Shown piece by piece: positions 8,560 through 17,959 of a stretch of 55,959 bases of DNA (the first letter of the stretch is position 1; each line of letters begins with the position of its first letter). The notes below the pieces were generated by a model that worked only from the letters and a program-made list of their open reading frames with translations, did no database searches and had not been told where the DNA came from. The translations under genes and the position numbers were made by a program. This DNA comes from a virus (lineage: Duplodnaviria > Caudoviricetes), in IMG/VR virus record IMGVR_UViG_3300037479_000621, positions 1-55,959 of that record. The stretch is one strand, 5' to 3'.

Positions 8560-9342
8560 TTGGCTGCCCCGTCGCGCAAATCTACGGCTTTTTCGCTCGT
8601 CGAGCTACTCTGCGTCCTGGCAATCATCGCCCTGTTCGTCGGCCTGCTTCTCCCCGCCGTCCAGAGAGTTCGCGAGGCGGCGAACCGGATTTCCTGCGCG
8701 AACAACCTCAAGCAGATCGGGCTGGCGGTCCACTGCTACGAATCGGCGCACGGCCACTACCCGCACGCGGGGCGCTGGGCGTGGTCGGCGGACGGGTGGA
8801 TGGTGCAGGTTCACCACCACCTCGAAGCGAATACCAAACTCTACTTCTGCCCGTCCCGCCGCAACCCGACGATGGGTTCGGCCGGGAGCTTGGTTCACAC
8901 CGCCGGGCACCTCACCGACTACGCGGGCTGTTTGCCCGATGCCGACTTCTGGCAGGGGGCGTCTCACTCCGCGGTCCGACCCGGCGCGAGCTACGGCGGA
9001 CTCCTGGTGCGGTTAGGCGCACAACCGCACCGCCTCCGCCCCGAGCAGTGCCGCCGCGGGCTGTCGAACACTTTGCTTGCCGGGGAGAAGCGTATCCCGA
9101 CGACCAAGTACGGTGGCGGCTGGTGGTCGGACGACTGCGGGTATCAGGACGGGTTCGACTTCGACGTGATGCGCTCGACCTTCTACACCCCGGCCCGGGA
9201 CGGGACCGAGGCGGACGACAACCCCTACCAGTTCGGGAGCGCCCACCCGGACGGGTTGAACGTGGTCTACGGGGACGGGCGGGTGGAGTTCGTCAAGTAC
9301 GCCGTGGACGCGGCAACGTGGCGCGAGTACGGCCGGCGCTAG
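8560..9342 (+). CDS. DUF1559 family prepilin-type N-terminal cleavage/methylation protein
   Basis: [47 protein letters not shown] and C-terminal H-X9-DG ([12 protein letters not shown]). Confidence 0.92.
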   Translation: MAAPSRKSTAFSLVELLCVLAIIALFVGLLLPAVQRVREAANRISCANNLKQIGLAVHCYESAHGHYPHAGRWAWSADGWMVQVHHHLEANTKLYFCPSRRNPTMGSAGSLVHTAGHLTDYAGCLPDADFWQGASHSAVRPGASYGGLLVRLGAQPHRLRPEQCRRGLSNTLLAGEKRIPTTKYGGGWWSDDCGYQDGFDFDVMRSTFYTPARDGTEADDNPYQFGSAHPDGLNVVYGDGRVEFVKYAVDAATWREYGRR

Positions 9343-9515
9343 TGCGGCCAGTAGCGCCGGATCGCGGTCCCGAGGACCGTTCCCCACGCGATGCCGACAA
9401 CGACCAGCGCGGCGAAGTTTCGCCAGCGCTGGTTTTTTGCTTCACGGCCGGCGAGTAGCGTGAACGCGGCGACGCCGACGACGAGGACTGGGAAGGTTAC
9501 CACGGGGTCGCTCAT
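9339..9515 (-). CDS. Small two-TM membrane protein
   Basis: [21 protein letters not shown]...[16 protein letters not shown]; TACAAT-7-ATG leaderless promoter. Confidence 0.5.
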   Translation of the reverse strand: MSDPVVTFPVLVVGVAAFTLLAGREAKNQRWRNFAALVVVGIAWGTVLGTAIRRYWPH

Positions 9516-9539
9516 GATGGCGATTGTACCCGCAGGGGC

Positions 9540-10247
9540 GTGCGGATGCGAGGGGGCGTTCTCGAACTCGACGGCGGCATGACGAAGCGGCTTGGCGCGG
9601 CGTTCACGCCGACCGACCCGAGCGACTTGGTGGTGTGGTACGACGCCTCGCAGAACAACGAGGCGGACGATACCGCACTCGCGTCCATCACCGACCGCTC
9701 GGGCAACGGGCGGCACCTGACCCAAGCGACCGGTTCCTTTCAGCCGCTCCTGAAAACGAACATCGCCAACGGCAAGCCGGTCTACCGCTTCGACGGCACG
9801 GACGACTTCGTGTCGGCCGCGTTCGCCCTCGTCCACCCGGTCACCCTGTTCACCGTCTTCAAGCAGCGGTCGAACCCCGGCTCGAACCGCCGAGCGGTGG
9901 ACGGGAACGCGGGGGGCCGACTCGCCCTCTTGATCGAGGGCACGTCCAGCGTCCTCTACGTCTTCGCCGGCACCGGGCTGAACATCGGGACGATCGACAC
10001 CACGAACTTCCACCGCGTCGCCGCGGTGTTCAACGGCGCGTCCTCGTCGGGGCAGTTGAACGCGGCCTCGGCGGTCAGCGGCGACGCCGGGAGCGACTCG
10101 AGCCCCGGCGGCGTGCAGTGGTCGCGGGACGGCTCGACGTTCGCGGCCGTGGGCATCGCCGAATACTTCATCTACTCGCGCGTACTATTCGCCTCGGAAA
10201 TCGCCAGTGCCAGGGCGTACCTGAAGGCCAAATGGGGGACCGCGTAA
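9540..10247 (+). CDS. LamG/concanavalin-like tail protein (start uncertain, ATG 9546 or 9579)
   Basis: LVVWYDAS...TDRSGNGRHLTQ...RFDGTDD LamG-like signature. Confidence 0.7.
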   Translation: MRMRGGVLELDGGMTKRLGAAFTPTDPSDLVVWYDASQNNEADDTALASITDRSGNGRHLTQATGSFQPLLKTNIANGKPVYRFDGTDDFVSAAFALVHPVTLFTVFKQRSNPGSNRRAVDGNAGGRLALLIEGTSSVLYVFAGTGLNIGTIDTTNFHRVAAVFNGASSSGQLNAASAVSGDAGSDSSPGGVQWSRDGSTFAAVGIAEYFIYSRVLFASEIASARAYLKAKWGTA

Positions 10248-11480
10248 ATGGACGTTTTGGCGGGCAGCACCGACATCACCACGTACTTCGTCCTCCGCCT
10301 CTCGGCGGACGGGACGGAGGCCACGGGCCTGACCGTCACGAACTTCGACCTCCAGTACGTCCGCTCCGGCGAGACTCCGGCGGCCAAGGCCGACGCGACG
10401 GCGCTCGCCGCGACCAACTCGGCGCACACCGACAACGCGGCCATCGAGATCGACGCCACCGACCAGCCGGGGCTGTACCGCGTGGACTGGCCGGACGCGG
10501 CGTTCGCGTCCGGGGCGCGGGAGGTCATCCTGTCCGTGAAGTGCGCGACGTGCTTCACGGAACACCTGCGGGTGAACCTCACGCCGGTCCCGTCGCGGCT
10601 GGCGGACATCGCCACGCACGGCGGCACGTCCACAGTCATCACCTTCGAACGGTTGGTCGGGGCCAGCACGACCAGTAACGAGCCGTGCGTGAAACTCACC
10701 GGCAACGGCTCGGGCGAGGGTCTACTCGCCACCGGCGGCACGAGTGGCAGTGGCGTCCACGGCGTTTCCGGTTCCGGTCCGCAGGGGGCCGGCATCCGGG
10801 GGACCGCGACCAACAGCGCGAGCACCGGGATTGATGGCGTCGGGGGCTCGTCCGGCAGCGGCATCAAGGGGACGGGCGGAACCGCCGGCATCGGCGGCAC
10901 GGGGAGCACGAACGGTTCCGGGTTTCTTGGCCTCGGTGCCGGGACCGGACACGGGATTCGCGCACTCGGCGGCTCGTCCAACGCCCACGGTGCGTTCTTC
11001 GAGGGGCAGGGGAGCGGTCAGGGGTTGCGGGCGCAGGGCGGACTGACCGGCAGCGGGGCGGTCTTCTTCGCCGGCAACACCGGTGGCTACGGCTTCGAGA
11101 TCGACGGCACCGGCAACTTCGCGGGCCTGCTTGTTACCGGGGGCAGTGGCGGCAGCAGCGGTCACGGAATGCACCTCGTCCGGGGGTCGAGTTCGGCGGA
11201 CGACCTGTACCTCAACAACTCCGACTCCCCCACGCTCGCCAGCATCGTCAACGCCGAAGTGCTGGACGTGCTGAACGTGGACACGTTCGCCGAGCCGACC
11301 GGCGCGCCGGGCGCGACCGTCACACTCAGCACGAAGATCGGCTACGTCTACATGGCCCTGCGGAACAAGTTGACGGTGACCGCGACCACGAAGGCGTTCT
11401 ACGACGACGGTGGCTCAATCGAGTGGTCGAAGACGCTCACGGACGACGGCACCACCTACACGGAAGCGGAAGGTGCCTGA
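10248..11480 (+). CDS. Gly-rich tail fibre protein
   Basis: Repeated G-x-G-I/V-x-G-x-G motifs. Confidence 0.65.
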   Translation: MDVLAGSTDITTYFVLRLSADGTEATGLTVTNFDLQYVRSGETPAAKADATALAATNSAHTDNAAIEIDATDQPGLYRVDWPDAAFASGAREVILSVKCATCFTEHLRVNLTPVPSRLADIATHGGTSTVITFERLVGASTTSNEPCVKLTGNGSGEGLLATGGTSGSGVHGVSGSGPQGAGIRGTATNSASTGIDGVGGSSGSGIKGTGGTAGIGGTGSTNGSGFLGLGAGTGHGIRALGGSSNAHGAFFEGQGSGQGLRAQGGLTGSGAVFFAGNTGGYGFEIDGTGNFAGLLVTGGSGGSSGHGMHLVRGSSSADDLYLNNSDSPTLASIVNAEVLDVLNVDTFAEPTGAPGATVTLSTKIGYVYMALRNKLTVTATTKAFYDDGGSIEWSKTLTDDGTTYTEAEGA

Positions 11481-11707
11481 TGCCCGACACCGCCGCCGAA
11501 CGCCGCAGCGCCGCCGGGGTGCCGTTCCTGCCCTGCGGACCCGGCGTCACCCCGGATTCGTCCCAGCCGCGGGCGTGGCGGCAGCAGGCGGCGTGGGGCT
11601 ACTCGGGAATTCTCGCGGTCACGGTCCACGTCATCACCGGGACGTGGGAAGTTCCGAGCTGGTCGGGTACGTGGGAAGTGCCGAGTTGGACCGGGAGCTG
11701 GGAGTAA
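11480..11707 (+). CDS. Small virion-associated protein with GTWEVPSW repeats
   Basis: ATG overlaps upstream TGA. Confidence 0.55.
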   Translation: MPDTAAERRSAAGVPFLPCGPGVTPDSSQPRAWRQQAAWGYSGILAVTVHVITGTWEVPSWSGTWEVPSWTGSWE

Positions 11708-11711
11708 CACG

Positions 11712-12065
11712 ATGGCGGCGGACACTCAGGCCCAGACGTGGGTTGCCTTCGCGGGCGAGGACATCGCCATCGTCCTGACGGGCGAGGACAACACCAACCC
11801 GTCCGCCTACGCGATGGCGTTCACGGTAGCGCGGTTCCCGATTTCGCAGGGCGGTTCGGCGCTCGTCACCGTCACGCAGGCGAGCATGACCATTGCCGGG
11901 AGCGGGCCGTACACCATCTCGATCCCGATTACGCGGCTCCAGTCCGGGACGACGCTCGGGGCGGGCGAGTGGGTGGCGGACCTCTGGCGGACGGACTCGG
12001 GGTCGAACAAGAGACTCGCGGGCGGGAAGCTGCAACTCATCCCGCCCGTCCGGGCGGTGGCGTGA
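11712..12065 (+). CDS. BppU-like baseplate/Ig-like protein
   Basis: GED...AFTV...ISIPI...WVADL...GKLQL pattern. Confidence 0.5.
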   Translation: MAADTQAQTWVAFAGEDIAIVLTGEDNTNPSAYAMAFTVARFPISQGGSALVTVTQASMTIAGSGPYTISIPITRLQSGTTLGAGEWVADLWRTDSGSNKRLAGGKLQLIPPVRAVA

Positions 12066-12273
12066 CGCCACCGAGTGCCCGTTGCAGTGCGGCGAATCGT
12101 TCGGCGGCCCGCGGCGTCAGGATGCGCCACTCGTATTTCACGTCCACGGCGAGTACGCCCTTTGCGGCCTCGCGGAACCGGCGCACCTCCTCGACGAGCG
12201 ATTCGATAATCCGACCGGCCCCGTCCGTGCAACCGTTCGCGTACTTCAGATATTCCTCCAAGTCCGCATCCAT
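12037..12273 (-). CDS. Hypothetical protein
   Basis: Coupled to the end of the ParB-like gene, GGAGG SD. Confidence 0.5.
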   Translation of the reverse strand: MDADLEEYLKYANGCTDGAGRIIESLVEEVRRFREAAKGVLAVDVKYEWRILTPRAAERFAALQRALGGVTPPPGRAG

Positions 12274-13109
12274 CACGTCCCCTCCCCCGCGCCACCGAAC
12301 GCCGCCCACTTCGCCCGCATGTCGTCCGCCGCCGGCCACGACCACCCGTCCTTGCCCCGCTTGACCGGCATCCCGGCCGCTTTCGCCCGCCTCAGCAGCT
12401 CGTCCCGCTCCGCCTCGGGGCCGTCGAACAGTTCCAAGAGTTCCGCCACGAAGTCGTCGTAGGACCGCAGGTAGCGCTCGACCCGGCGCTTGAGGACGGT
12501 CAGCATCGCGTCCACGCCGCCCGGCTTGAAGGAGATGCGGGGGGCGGGGCGGTCGTCCTTCACCTGCGGGAACGAGGGGCGGGGGGTGGGCGGTGGTTCA
12601 TCTGCGTACTCGTCATTCTCACCGGCGCTTGTACCACTTGGGACTTGAAGTTCCCGCGGCATCTCACCACGCGCCCACCGCGCCGCCGTGTTGCGCGGCA
12701 GTCCGGTTTCCCTCACCATCTCGCGGACGGACGCGCCGCGCGCCGTCATCTGCTTCACAATCGCCAACTGCTCTTCTCGGAACGCTCGGATGTCGTCGGC
12801 GGTCAACTGACGCCGCGCCAGCGCGTTCAGGTCGAGGACCAGCGCTTTCGCGGCGAGGTCGGTCATGTTGCCCCGGTCGTCCGTCGGGATTTCGCGGTCG
12901 GGGTCAACTTCGTGGGCGGCTTCGATGCGGCCGATGCCGTCCAACAGACTCGCCCCGTGCGTGGGGGACGTGAAGACGACGACCGGGTTCTGAACCCAGA
13001 AGTTGCCGATGCTGGTTTTGAGGGCGGCGAACTCGGCGGCGGTGTGCTCGCGGAACAGTTTGGCGAACGGGCAGACGTAGGACTTGCCGTTGAGGGAAAC
13101 TTTCTTCAC
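12273..13109 (-). CDS. ParB-like N-terminal domain plus HTH protein
   Basis: EFAALKTSI...QNPVVV...LLDGIGRIEAA; HTH GASVREMVRETGLPRNTAARW. Confidence 0.7.
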   Translation of the reverse strand: MKKVSLNGKSYVCPFAKLFREHTAAEFAALKTSIGNFWVQNPVVVFTSPTHGASLLDGIGRIEAAHEVDPDREIPTDDRGNMTDLAAKALVLDLNALARRQLTADDIRAFREEQLAIVKQMTARGASVREMVRETGLPRNTAARWARGEMPRELQVPSGTSAGENDEYADEPPPTPRPSFPQVKDDRPAPRISFKPGGVDAMLTVLKRRVERYLRSYDDFVAELLELFDGPEAERDELLRRAKAAGMPVKRGKDGWSWPAADDMRAKWAAFGGAGEGT

Positions 13110-13125
13110 GGCGGCTCCGGCGGAC

Positions 13126-13152
13126 GCAAGTTACCGACGGGGCGCGTAGACT
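13126..13152 (+). promoter_or_regulatory. Late-type promoter GCAAGTT-N14-TAGACT
   Basis: Motif. Confidence 0.6.
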
Positions 13153-13261
13153 TTGGGTAACACACCTGCGGCGGATGCGCGCGGTGCTGAAACACCCCGC
13201 GCACAGTCTACTCGCCCCGTCGGAATGAACCGGATACGTACCATCATACCCCACTCAGGGC

Positions 13262-13792
13262 GTGAAACGTATGCCGGCCACCTTGGATTCTCGCACTTTT
13301 CGCGCGTCCGCGGCCCCATCCGCCCCCGCGGACGCGCCGCAACTCCCCGCCCCAGCGCCCACGCTCCGGGTAGACCCCGACGTGGACGCCCTGCGGTGCA
13401 TCACCGCCGCGTCCGGCTTCCGGAACGTGTACGAGAGCGGCCGGTTCTTCGTGGCGAAGGTGAAGTACGGGGGGCGACTCCGCACCCTGCGCGGTTCCCG
13501 GTCGCTCCACGCGCACCAAGCCGCGGCGCACGTCGTCCGCTGGTACAAGGACAACTTCGGCAACCGCTGGCGGGCGGCGCTCGCCAACCGCAAGCGCCGC
13601 TACTGGCGGGTCAGCCGGTCGCGCAAGTACGGCGGGTGGATCGTGACCGTGTGGGGGAACGGGAAGGCGGTCACCGTGGACGGCGGCCGGCTCAGCCGCC
13701 CGGCGGTGTTCAGCGCCAAGGTCAAGGCGGTGGACTTCGCCCTGGAAGTGCTCCCCACGCTCATCGGCGACTGGGCGGCGTGGCGGTCTTAG
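13262..13792 (+). CDS. AP2-like DNA-binding protein
   Basis: SGFRNVYESGRFFVAKVKYGGRLRTL...AAAHV, with a second similar segment. Confidence 0.5.
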   Translation: MKRMPATLDSRTFRASAAPSAPADAPQLPAPAPTLRVDPDVDALRCITAASGFRNVYESGRFFVAKVKYGGRLRTLRGSRSLHAHQAAAHVVRWYKDNFGNRWRAALANRKRRYWRVSRSRKYGGWIVTVWGNGKAVTVDGGRLSRPAVFSAKVKAVDFALEVLPTLIGDWAAWRS

Positions 13793-13800
13793 GCGCGTGA
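13789..13800 (+). repeat. Dispersed 12-bp motif (1 mismatch, TTAGGCGCGTGA)
   Basis: Overlaps stop codon. Confidence 0.8.
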
Positions 13801-13806
13801 CGCGGG

Positions 13807-13833
13807 GCAAGTTCCCGGCGCGCGGCACAGCGT
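13807..13833 (+). promoter_or_regulatory. Late-type promoter GCAAGTT-N14-CAGCGT (lysis cassette)
   Basis: Motif; weak -10. Confidence 0.5.
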
Positions 13834-13855
13834 AGAGGGCACGCGGTCACACAAC

Positions 13856-14179
13856 TTGGGAGTTTCGCCCGTGCCGACGGACCAGTGGATTCAGTACGGC
13901 TCGTTCGGCCTCGTCGCCGCCTACCTCGTGTGGCTGCACTGGAAGGCCATCCCGCGGATGTTGAACACGCACGAGGCGGCGGTGAACACGCTGGTCGAGT
14001 CGTTCAAGGCAGAGGCGGCGGCGTGCCGGAACGAGCGGATGGAGCTGTACGCCCTCGCCGCGAGCGAGCGGAGGCAGTGCCAGCAGGCGCGGCACGACGA
14101 GCGCGACGCGCTGACGGCGCTCGCGTACCGCAAGGAGTCCGACCGGCTGCGCGAGGAGAAGGGCGAACGCGAGGGCTGA
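13856..14179 (+). CDS. Holin-like protein (one TM plus coiled coil)
   Basis: WIQYGSFGLVAAYLVWL TM and charged C-terminus; likely start GTG 13871. Confidence 0.5.
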   Translation: MGVSPVPTDQWIQYGSFGLVAAYLVWLHWKAIPRMLNTHEAAVNTLVESFKAEAAACRNERMELYALAASERRQCQQARHDERDALTALAYRKESDRLREEKGEREG

Positions 14180-14181
14180 CC

Positions 14182-14352
14182 GTGGACGCTCTGGACTGGC
14201 TGGGGCTGGCGTGCGGCGCGTTCCTCGCCCTCGCCGCCTTCGTCCTCGTCGGGTGGGGCGTGTGCCAGTTGCTCGACCACGTAAGCAGTCTGTGGGAACT
14301 GAACGAATCGCTGGACGGGCTGGGGTCGATGTTCGAGACGCGGGGGATGTGA
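14182..14352 (+). CDS. Small membrane protein
   Basis: WLGLACGAFLALAAFVLVGWGV TM. Confidence 0.5.
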   Translation: MDALDWLGLACGAFLALAAFVLVGWGVCQLLDHVSSLWELNESLDGLGSMFETRGM

Positions 14353-14621
14353 TGACAATGCTCATCGGCGACGACGGCAAGCCCATTCCGTGCCACGAGC
14401 CGATCCCCGGCGTGTACCTGGCGGCGTCCGTGTACGACACGCCGGGGAAGGTGCGGGACAAGTTGCGCGAGCTGTTCCCGCCGCCGTTCTTCGCGGACCT
14501 GCGGGCGAAACACGCGGCGGCGTTCGAGGCCGACCCCGACGCCGACGACCGACCGCTCGGGCCGGACCACCCGGCGTACCGGCGGGGCGGCGACGGCATT
14601 ACCTACACCGAGGGCGTGTGA
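14352..14621 (+). CDS. Hypothetical protein
   Basis: Translationally coupled. Confidence 0.55.
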   Translation: MTMLIGDDGKPIPCHEPIPGVYLAASVYDTPGKVRDKLRELFPPPFFADLRAKHAAAFEADPDADDRPLGPDHPAYRRGGDGITYTEGV

Positions 14622-15349
14622 TGAGGGGCTTCGGCTGTGCCAACGTCGCGGGCGTGCTCCTGGTCGGTGCCGCGTGCGCGGGCGCCGCGCTCGCCGCGCC
14701 GCCATCCGTGACCGCCCCGGAGAAGGTGTACGGCGAGACCGGGGACTGGGTGTTCTTCACCGTCACCACGGACGGCAAGGGCGTGAAGTTCGTTCCCCTC
14801 GACGCGGGGCTGTCGCTGTTCCCGCAGGGCAAACTGCGCGACCCGAACGAGACCGCCGCCCGCGCCACCAAGCCGGGCAGCTACCGCGTGCTGGTCTACA
14901 GCGGCAACGCGGACGGCCCGAGCGAGCCGAGGGTGGTGCTGGTGGTGTTCGGGCAACCGGGGCCGGCACCGCCCGAACCCAAGCCGCCGGACCCGAAGCC
15001 GCCCGAGCCGGTCAAGTCGTTCCGCGTCATCTTCGTGTACGAGACCGCGAACGCGCTGACGCCCGCGATGCAGCGGGTGATGTTCGGGGAAGCCGTCCGC
15101 AACTACCTAGACGCGAAGACGACGGCGCATCCGCAGGGCGGCAAGGGGTGGCGGCGGTTCGACAAGGACGTGGACGCCAGGAACGAGCGCGACCCGGCCC
15201 TCAAGGCGCTGTGGGCCGACGCCCGCCCGCAGGTGTCCGCCGTCCCGTGCGTGATCGTGGCCGTCAACGACAAGGCGGACATCGTGCCGTTCCCGGCGGA
15301 CGAGGCCGCGGCGCTGGAACTCTTCAAGAAGTACGCCGAAGGGAAGTGA
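14621..15349 (+). CDS. Exported protein with Pro-rich linker
   Basis: Signal peptide, PPEPKPPDPKPPEP linker between two domains. Confidence 0.65.
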   Translation: MRGFGCANVAGVLLVGAACAGAALAAPPSVTAPEKVYGETGDWVFFTVTTDGKGVKFVPLDAGLSLFPQGKLRDPNETAARATKPGSYRVLVYSGNADGPSEPRVVLVVFGQPGPAPPEPKPPDPKPPEPVKSFRVIFVYETANALTPAMQRVMFGEAVRNYLDAKTTAHPQGGKGWRRFDKDVDARNERDPALKALWADARPQVSAVPCVIVAVNDKADIVPFPADEAAALELFKKYAEGK

Positions 15350-15352
15350 ACC

Positions 15353-16129
15353 GTGTTCGTCATCAACGACACCACCGGCGCGCACCTCACCGAGCCGGCG
15401 CTGGCGTTCGGCAAGGGCTACGACCCGTCGCAGGTCGTCCCGTGGATGTTCGCGCCGCCGGCCGAAATCCCGCTCGTCCCCGAGAGCGAGTGGATACCCC
15501 GCATCCGCGACCGCAAGAAGTACAAGACGGGGCTACGCGACCTGTTCCGCGCCGGCAAGGTCGGCACGGTCAAGGACCAGAACGGCGAGGGGTACTGCTG
15601 GTTCTACTCGGTCACGCGGACGGTCGAGTACGTCCGCGCCGCGATGAACCTCGAATACGTCGCCCTGTCCGCGCACTCCGGCGCGTGCAAGGTGAAGAAC
15701 TTCCGGAACGAGGGCGGGTGGTGCGGGCTGGGCGCGCAGTTCGTCCGCGCGAACGGGGTGGTCCCCGAATCCCTGTGGCCGGCGAAGTCGATGAGTCGGG
15801 CGCACGACACGGCGGCGAACTGGGCGGAGGCGGCGAAGTACCGCATCACGGAAGACTTCGTGGACCTGGCCCGCGCCGTGTACGACCAGAACCTGACCTG
15901 GAATCAGGTGGTGTCGTGCCTCTTGCAGAACATCCCGGTCGCGGCGGACTACGGGTGGTGGGGTCACTCGGTCTGCCTCGTGGACGTGGATGAGATCGAC
16001 GGCGAGGTGTGCCCGGACGGGGACAACTCGTGGACGCCGGGGTGGGGCGATAACGGCACGTTCCGACTCCAGGGGCGACGGAAGTACCCGGACGGCGCGG
16101 TGGCGTCGCGGGTGGTCAACCCGGCGTGA
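15353..16129 (+). CDS. Papain-like (C1 family) cysteine peptidase
   Basis: VKDQNGEGYCW (Gln/Cys), WGHSV (His), NSWTPGWGDNG (Asn). Confidence 0.85.
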   Translation: MFVINDTTGAHLTEPALAFGKGYDPSQVVPWMFAPPAEIPLVPESEWIPRIRDRKKYKTGLRDLFRAGKVGTVKDQNGEGYCWFYSVTRTVEYVRAAMNLEYVALSAHSGACKVKNFRNEGGWCGLGAQFVRANGVVPESLWPAKSMSRAHDTAANWAEAAKYRITEDFVDLARAVYDQNLTWNQVVSCLLQNIPVAADYGWWGHSVCLVDVDEIDGEVCPDGDNSWTPGWGDNGTFRLQGRRKYPDGAVASRVVNPA

Positions 16130-16139
16130 GGGTTCGGCC

Positions 16140-16388
16140 GTGAAAGCCGGCTGGCACGAGGTCAAGCGGATCGACGCCGCGCCCGGCAGCTGCGCCAGGG
16201 ATGCCGTGCAGTGGTTCGCGGAGGAGTGCTTCACGACGCGGCGGACGTGGCAGTGGGTGGATGTGCTGGTCGGGACGTTCCGGGTGGGCGACGTGACCGA
16301 CCTGTTCCGCATCCGGCTGGGCGGCGCGGAGACCGACCAGTGGGTGTTCGACGTGTTCAACAACGGGAGTTCGCCGTGCGTGCAATAG
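16140..16388 (+). CDS. Hypothetical protein
   Basis: GTG after GAGG. Confidence 0.45.
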   Translation: MKAGWHEVKRIDAAPGSCARDAVQWFAEECFTTRRTWQWVDVLVGTFRVGDVTDLFRIRLGGAETDQWVFDVFNNGSSPCVQ

Positions 16389-16639
16389 TCATCCTCGCGC
16401 TGCTGTCCCTCGTGGGTTCCGCCCGCGCGTCCGACCCGCAGCAGTTCACGGTCACGAACCGCACCGCGCCCGCGTTCGTCGTGACCAACCGGATTCCGCC
16501 CGCCCCGCCCGTCGCGTGCCGAAACGGGGTCTGTGCTGCCCCGGTTACGCGCCTAACCGCACCCGCCCCGGCGTGCGGGACGTACTACGCCGTGCCGCGG
16601 CAGCGGTGGTATCCGGGCCGCTGGCTATTCGGGCGCTGA
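16376..16639 (+). CDS. Small exported protein
   Basis: Signal peptide VRAIVILALLSLVGSARA; CxNGxC motif. Confidence 0.55.
   Translation: MRAIVILALLSLVGSARASDPQQFTVTNRTAPAFVVTNRIPPAPPVACRNGVCAAPVTRLTAPAPACGTYYAVPRQRWYPGRWLFGR
16545..16556 (-). repeat. Dispersed 12-bp motif (perfect)
   Basis: TTACGCGCCTAA. Confidence 0.9.
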
Positions 16640-16640
16640 C

Positions 16641-16892
16641 ATGCCCCGCCCCGGCAGCCGCCCCTGGAGCGACGACGAGGACTGGACGCTCTGCATGATG
16701 CGCGAGCACGACGGACTCCCGACCCCGGAGTGCGCGTACCGGCTGGACCGCAGTTACGCGTCCGTGGCGCAGCGCCTGTACCTCTTGCGGAAGGCGGGCA
16801 AGATTCGGGACGTGTACCGCGTGGTGAACGGGAAGGTTATCAAGCGTACCCCCGGCCGGAAGGTCGGTTTCTGTCCCGAGAGGAGGGAGTGA
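16641..16892 (+). CDS. Myb/GcrA-like HTH protein
   Basis: WSDDED...ECAYRLDRSYASVAQRL. Confidence 0.6.
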   Translation: MPRPGSRPWSDDEDWTLCMMREHDGLPTPECAYRLDRSYASVAQRLYLLRKAGKIRDVYRVVNGKVIKRTPGRKVGFCPERRE

Positions 16893-17134
16893 ATTAAACG
16901 CGCACCCCGACCGCCCGTGATTACGGCTGTCCCAGTTCGCGAGAAAGGGGGTGATCGTCTCGGGCGGTCGGGCTTTCACGGCACGTGCCGCCACGATTTG
17001 CGGCAACAGGTGGGGTTGTGGTCCGGGCCGGCGGTCGCTGTCAGCGACCGCCGGCCCGCCCATTTTAGGCTGACTAACCGTCCAGTCGGGGGCTTTATCT
17101 ACCTCCGGCCGGGGCTTACCCAAGAGGTGACTTC

Positions 17135-17479
17135 GTGAGCGCGATGGACCGTCTGGTGCACTACTGCGTCGGCGAACTGGAGAAGGACGCGGCCATGCGC
17201 GGCGTCCGCCTCGACCCGGCGATGATTCTCCTGCTGGCCGAACTGTTCAAGGTGCTGGTGCCGATGCTCTTGGACTGCCTCGACAACAACGCCGAGAAGG
17301 CCGCGGCCGCCGCCAAGAGTCTGTCGTTCCGCCAGAAGGCGCGGCTGCGGCTGGCCATCTTCGTGCGGGTGCCGTTCGAGGGGCAGGAGATTCGGGAGCA
17401 ACTGTTCGCGGCCGTGGTCGCGACGGCGAAGACCGTCACGGCGGAGGAGTTGGCGGAGGTCGCGGCGCTGGCGGGGTAG
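17135..17479 (+). CDS. Hypothetical protein
   Basis: GAGGTG SD, phage-like codon usage. Confidence 0.65.
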   Translation: MSAMDRLVHYCVGELEKDAAMRGVRLDPAMILLLAELFKVLVPMLLDCLDNNAEKAAAAAKSLSFRQKARLRLAIFVRVPFEGQEIREQLFAAVVATAKTVTAEELAEVAALAG

Positions 17480-17527
17480 ACGTTAGCACCCGGCGCGGTA
17501 CAATACCGGTGCTGAACCACACCACTA

Positions 17528-17567
17528 CGAAGCCCCGGTCAGGTCGCGCGACCTGACCGGGGCTTCG
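17528..17567. repeat. Perfect 40-bp palindrome at convergent transcription boundary
   Basis: cgaagccccggtcaggtcgc|gcgacctgaccggggcttcg. Confidence 0.9.
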
Positions 17568-17758
17568 GCTTTCGCGCACGCCGCTTCCGGTCCCTGCGCA
17601 CGGCGGCGCGTGCCCCCGCCTCCCGGACCGCTTCGGACGTGGTGACGGTGGGCTGGCTGCACAGGAGTTGCAGGAGTCGGAGTTGCGCGGCGCGGGTCAT
17701 GGATGCGGTCCGGGAGGTGCGGGGACGGCGGCAGGGTGGTGCAAACGGGGTGCCGGGG

Positions 17759-17959
17759 TCAGATGTGGCTTCCGTCACCGGCGTCATCGGTGTGAGTTCC
17801 GGGGCGGTGAACGATGACCCCATTGCATTTCGGACACCCGCCCCGGTAGTTCGGGTTCACGTAAACCCACTGCTGCCCGCACGCCGCACACACGGCCACG
17901 ATGCGGCAACCCGCGCCGTTGTCCTCCGGTATCACCGACCAGTCGATAGCGGCGCTCAC
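17759..17959 (-). CDS. Zn-ribbon protein
   Basis: CAACG...CPKCNG; GGAGG SD. Confidence 0.55.
   Translation of the reverse strand: MSAAIDWSVIPEDNGAGCRIVAVCAACGQQWVYVNPNYRGGCPKCNGVIVHRPGTHTDDAGDGSHI

Noticed and set aside
9540-12065. Diversity-generating retroelement acting on tail fibres
   Set aside because: No reverse transcriptase and no TR/VR repeat pair seen
17528-17567. Protelomerase (tel) site
   Set aside because: No protelomerase recognised, and the phage has an integrase and attP
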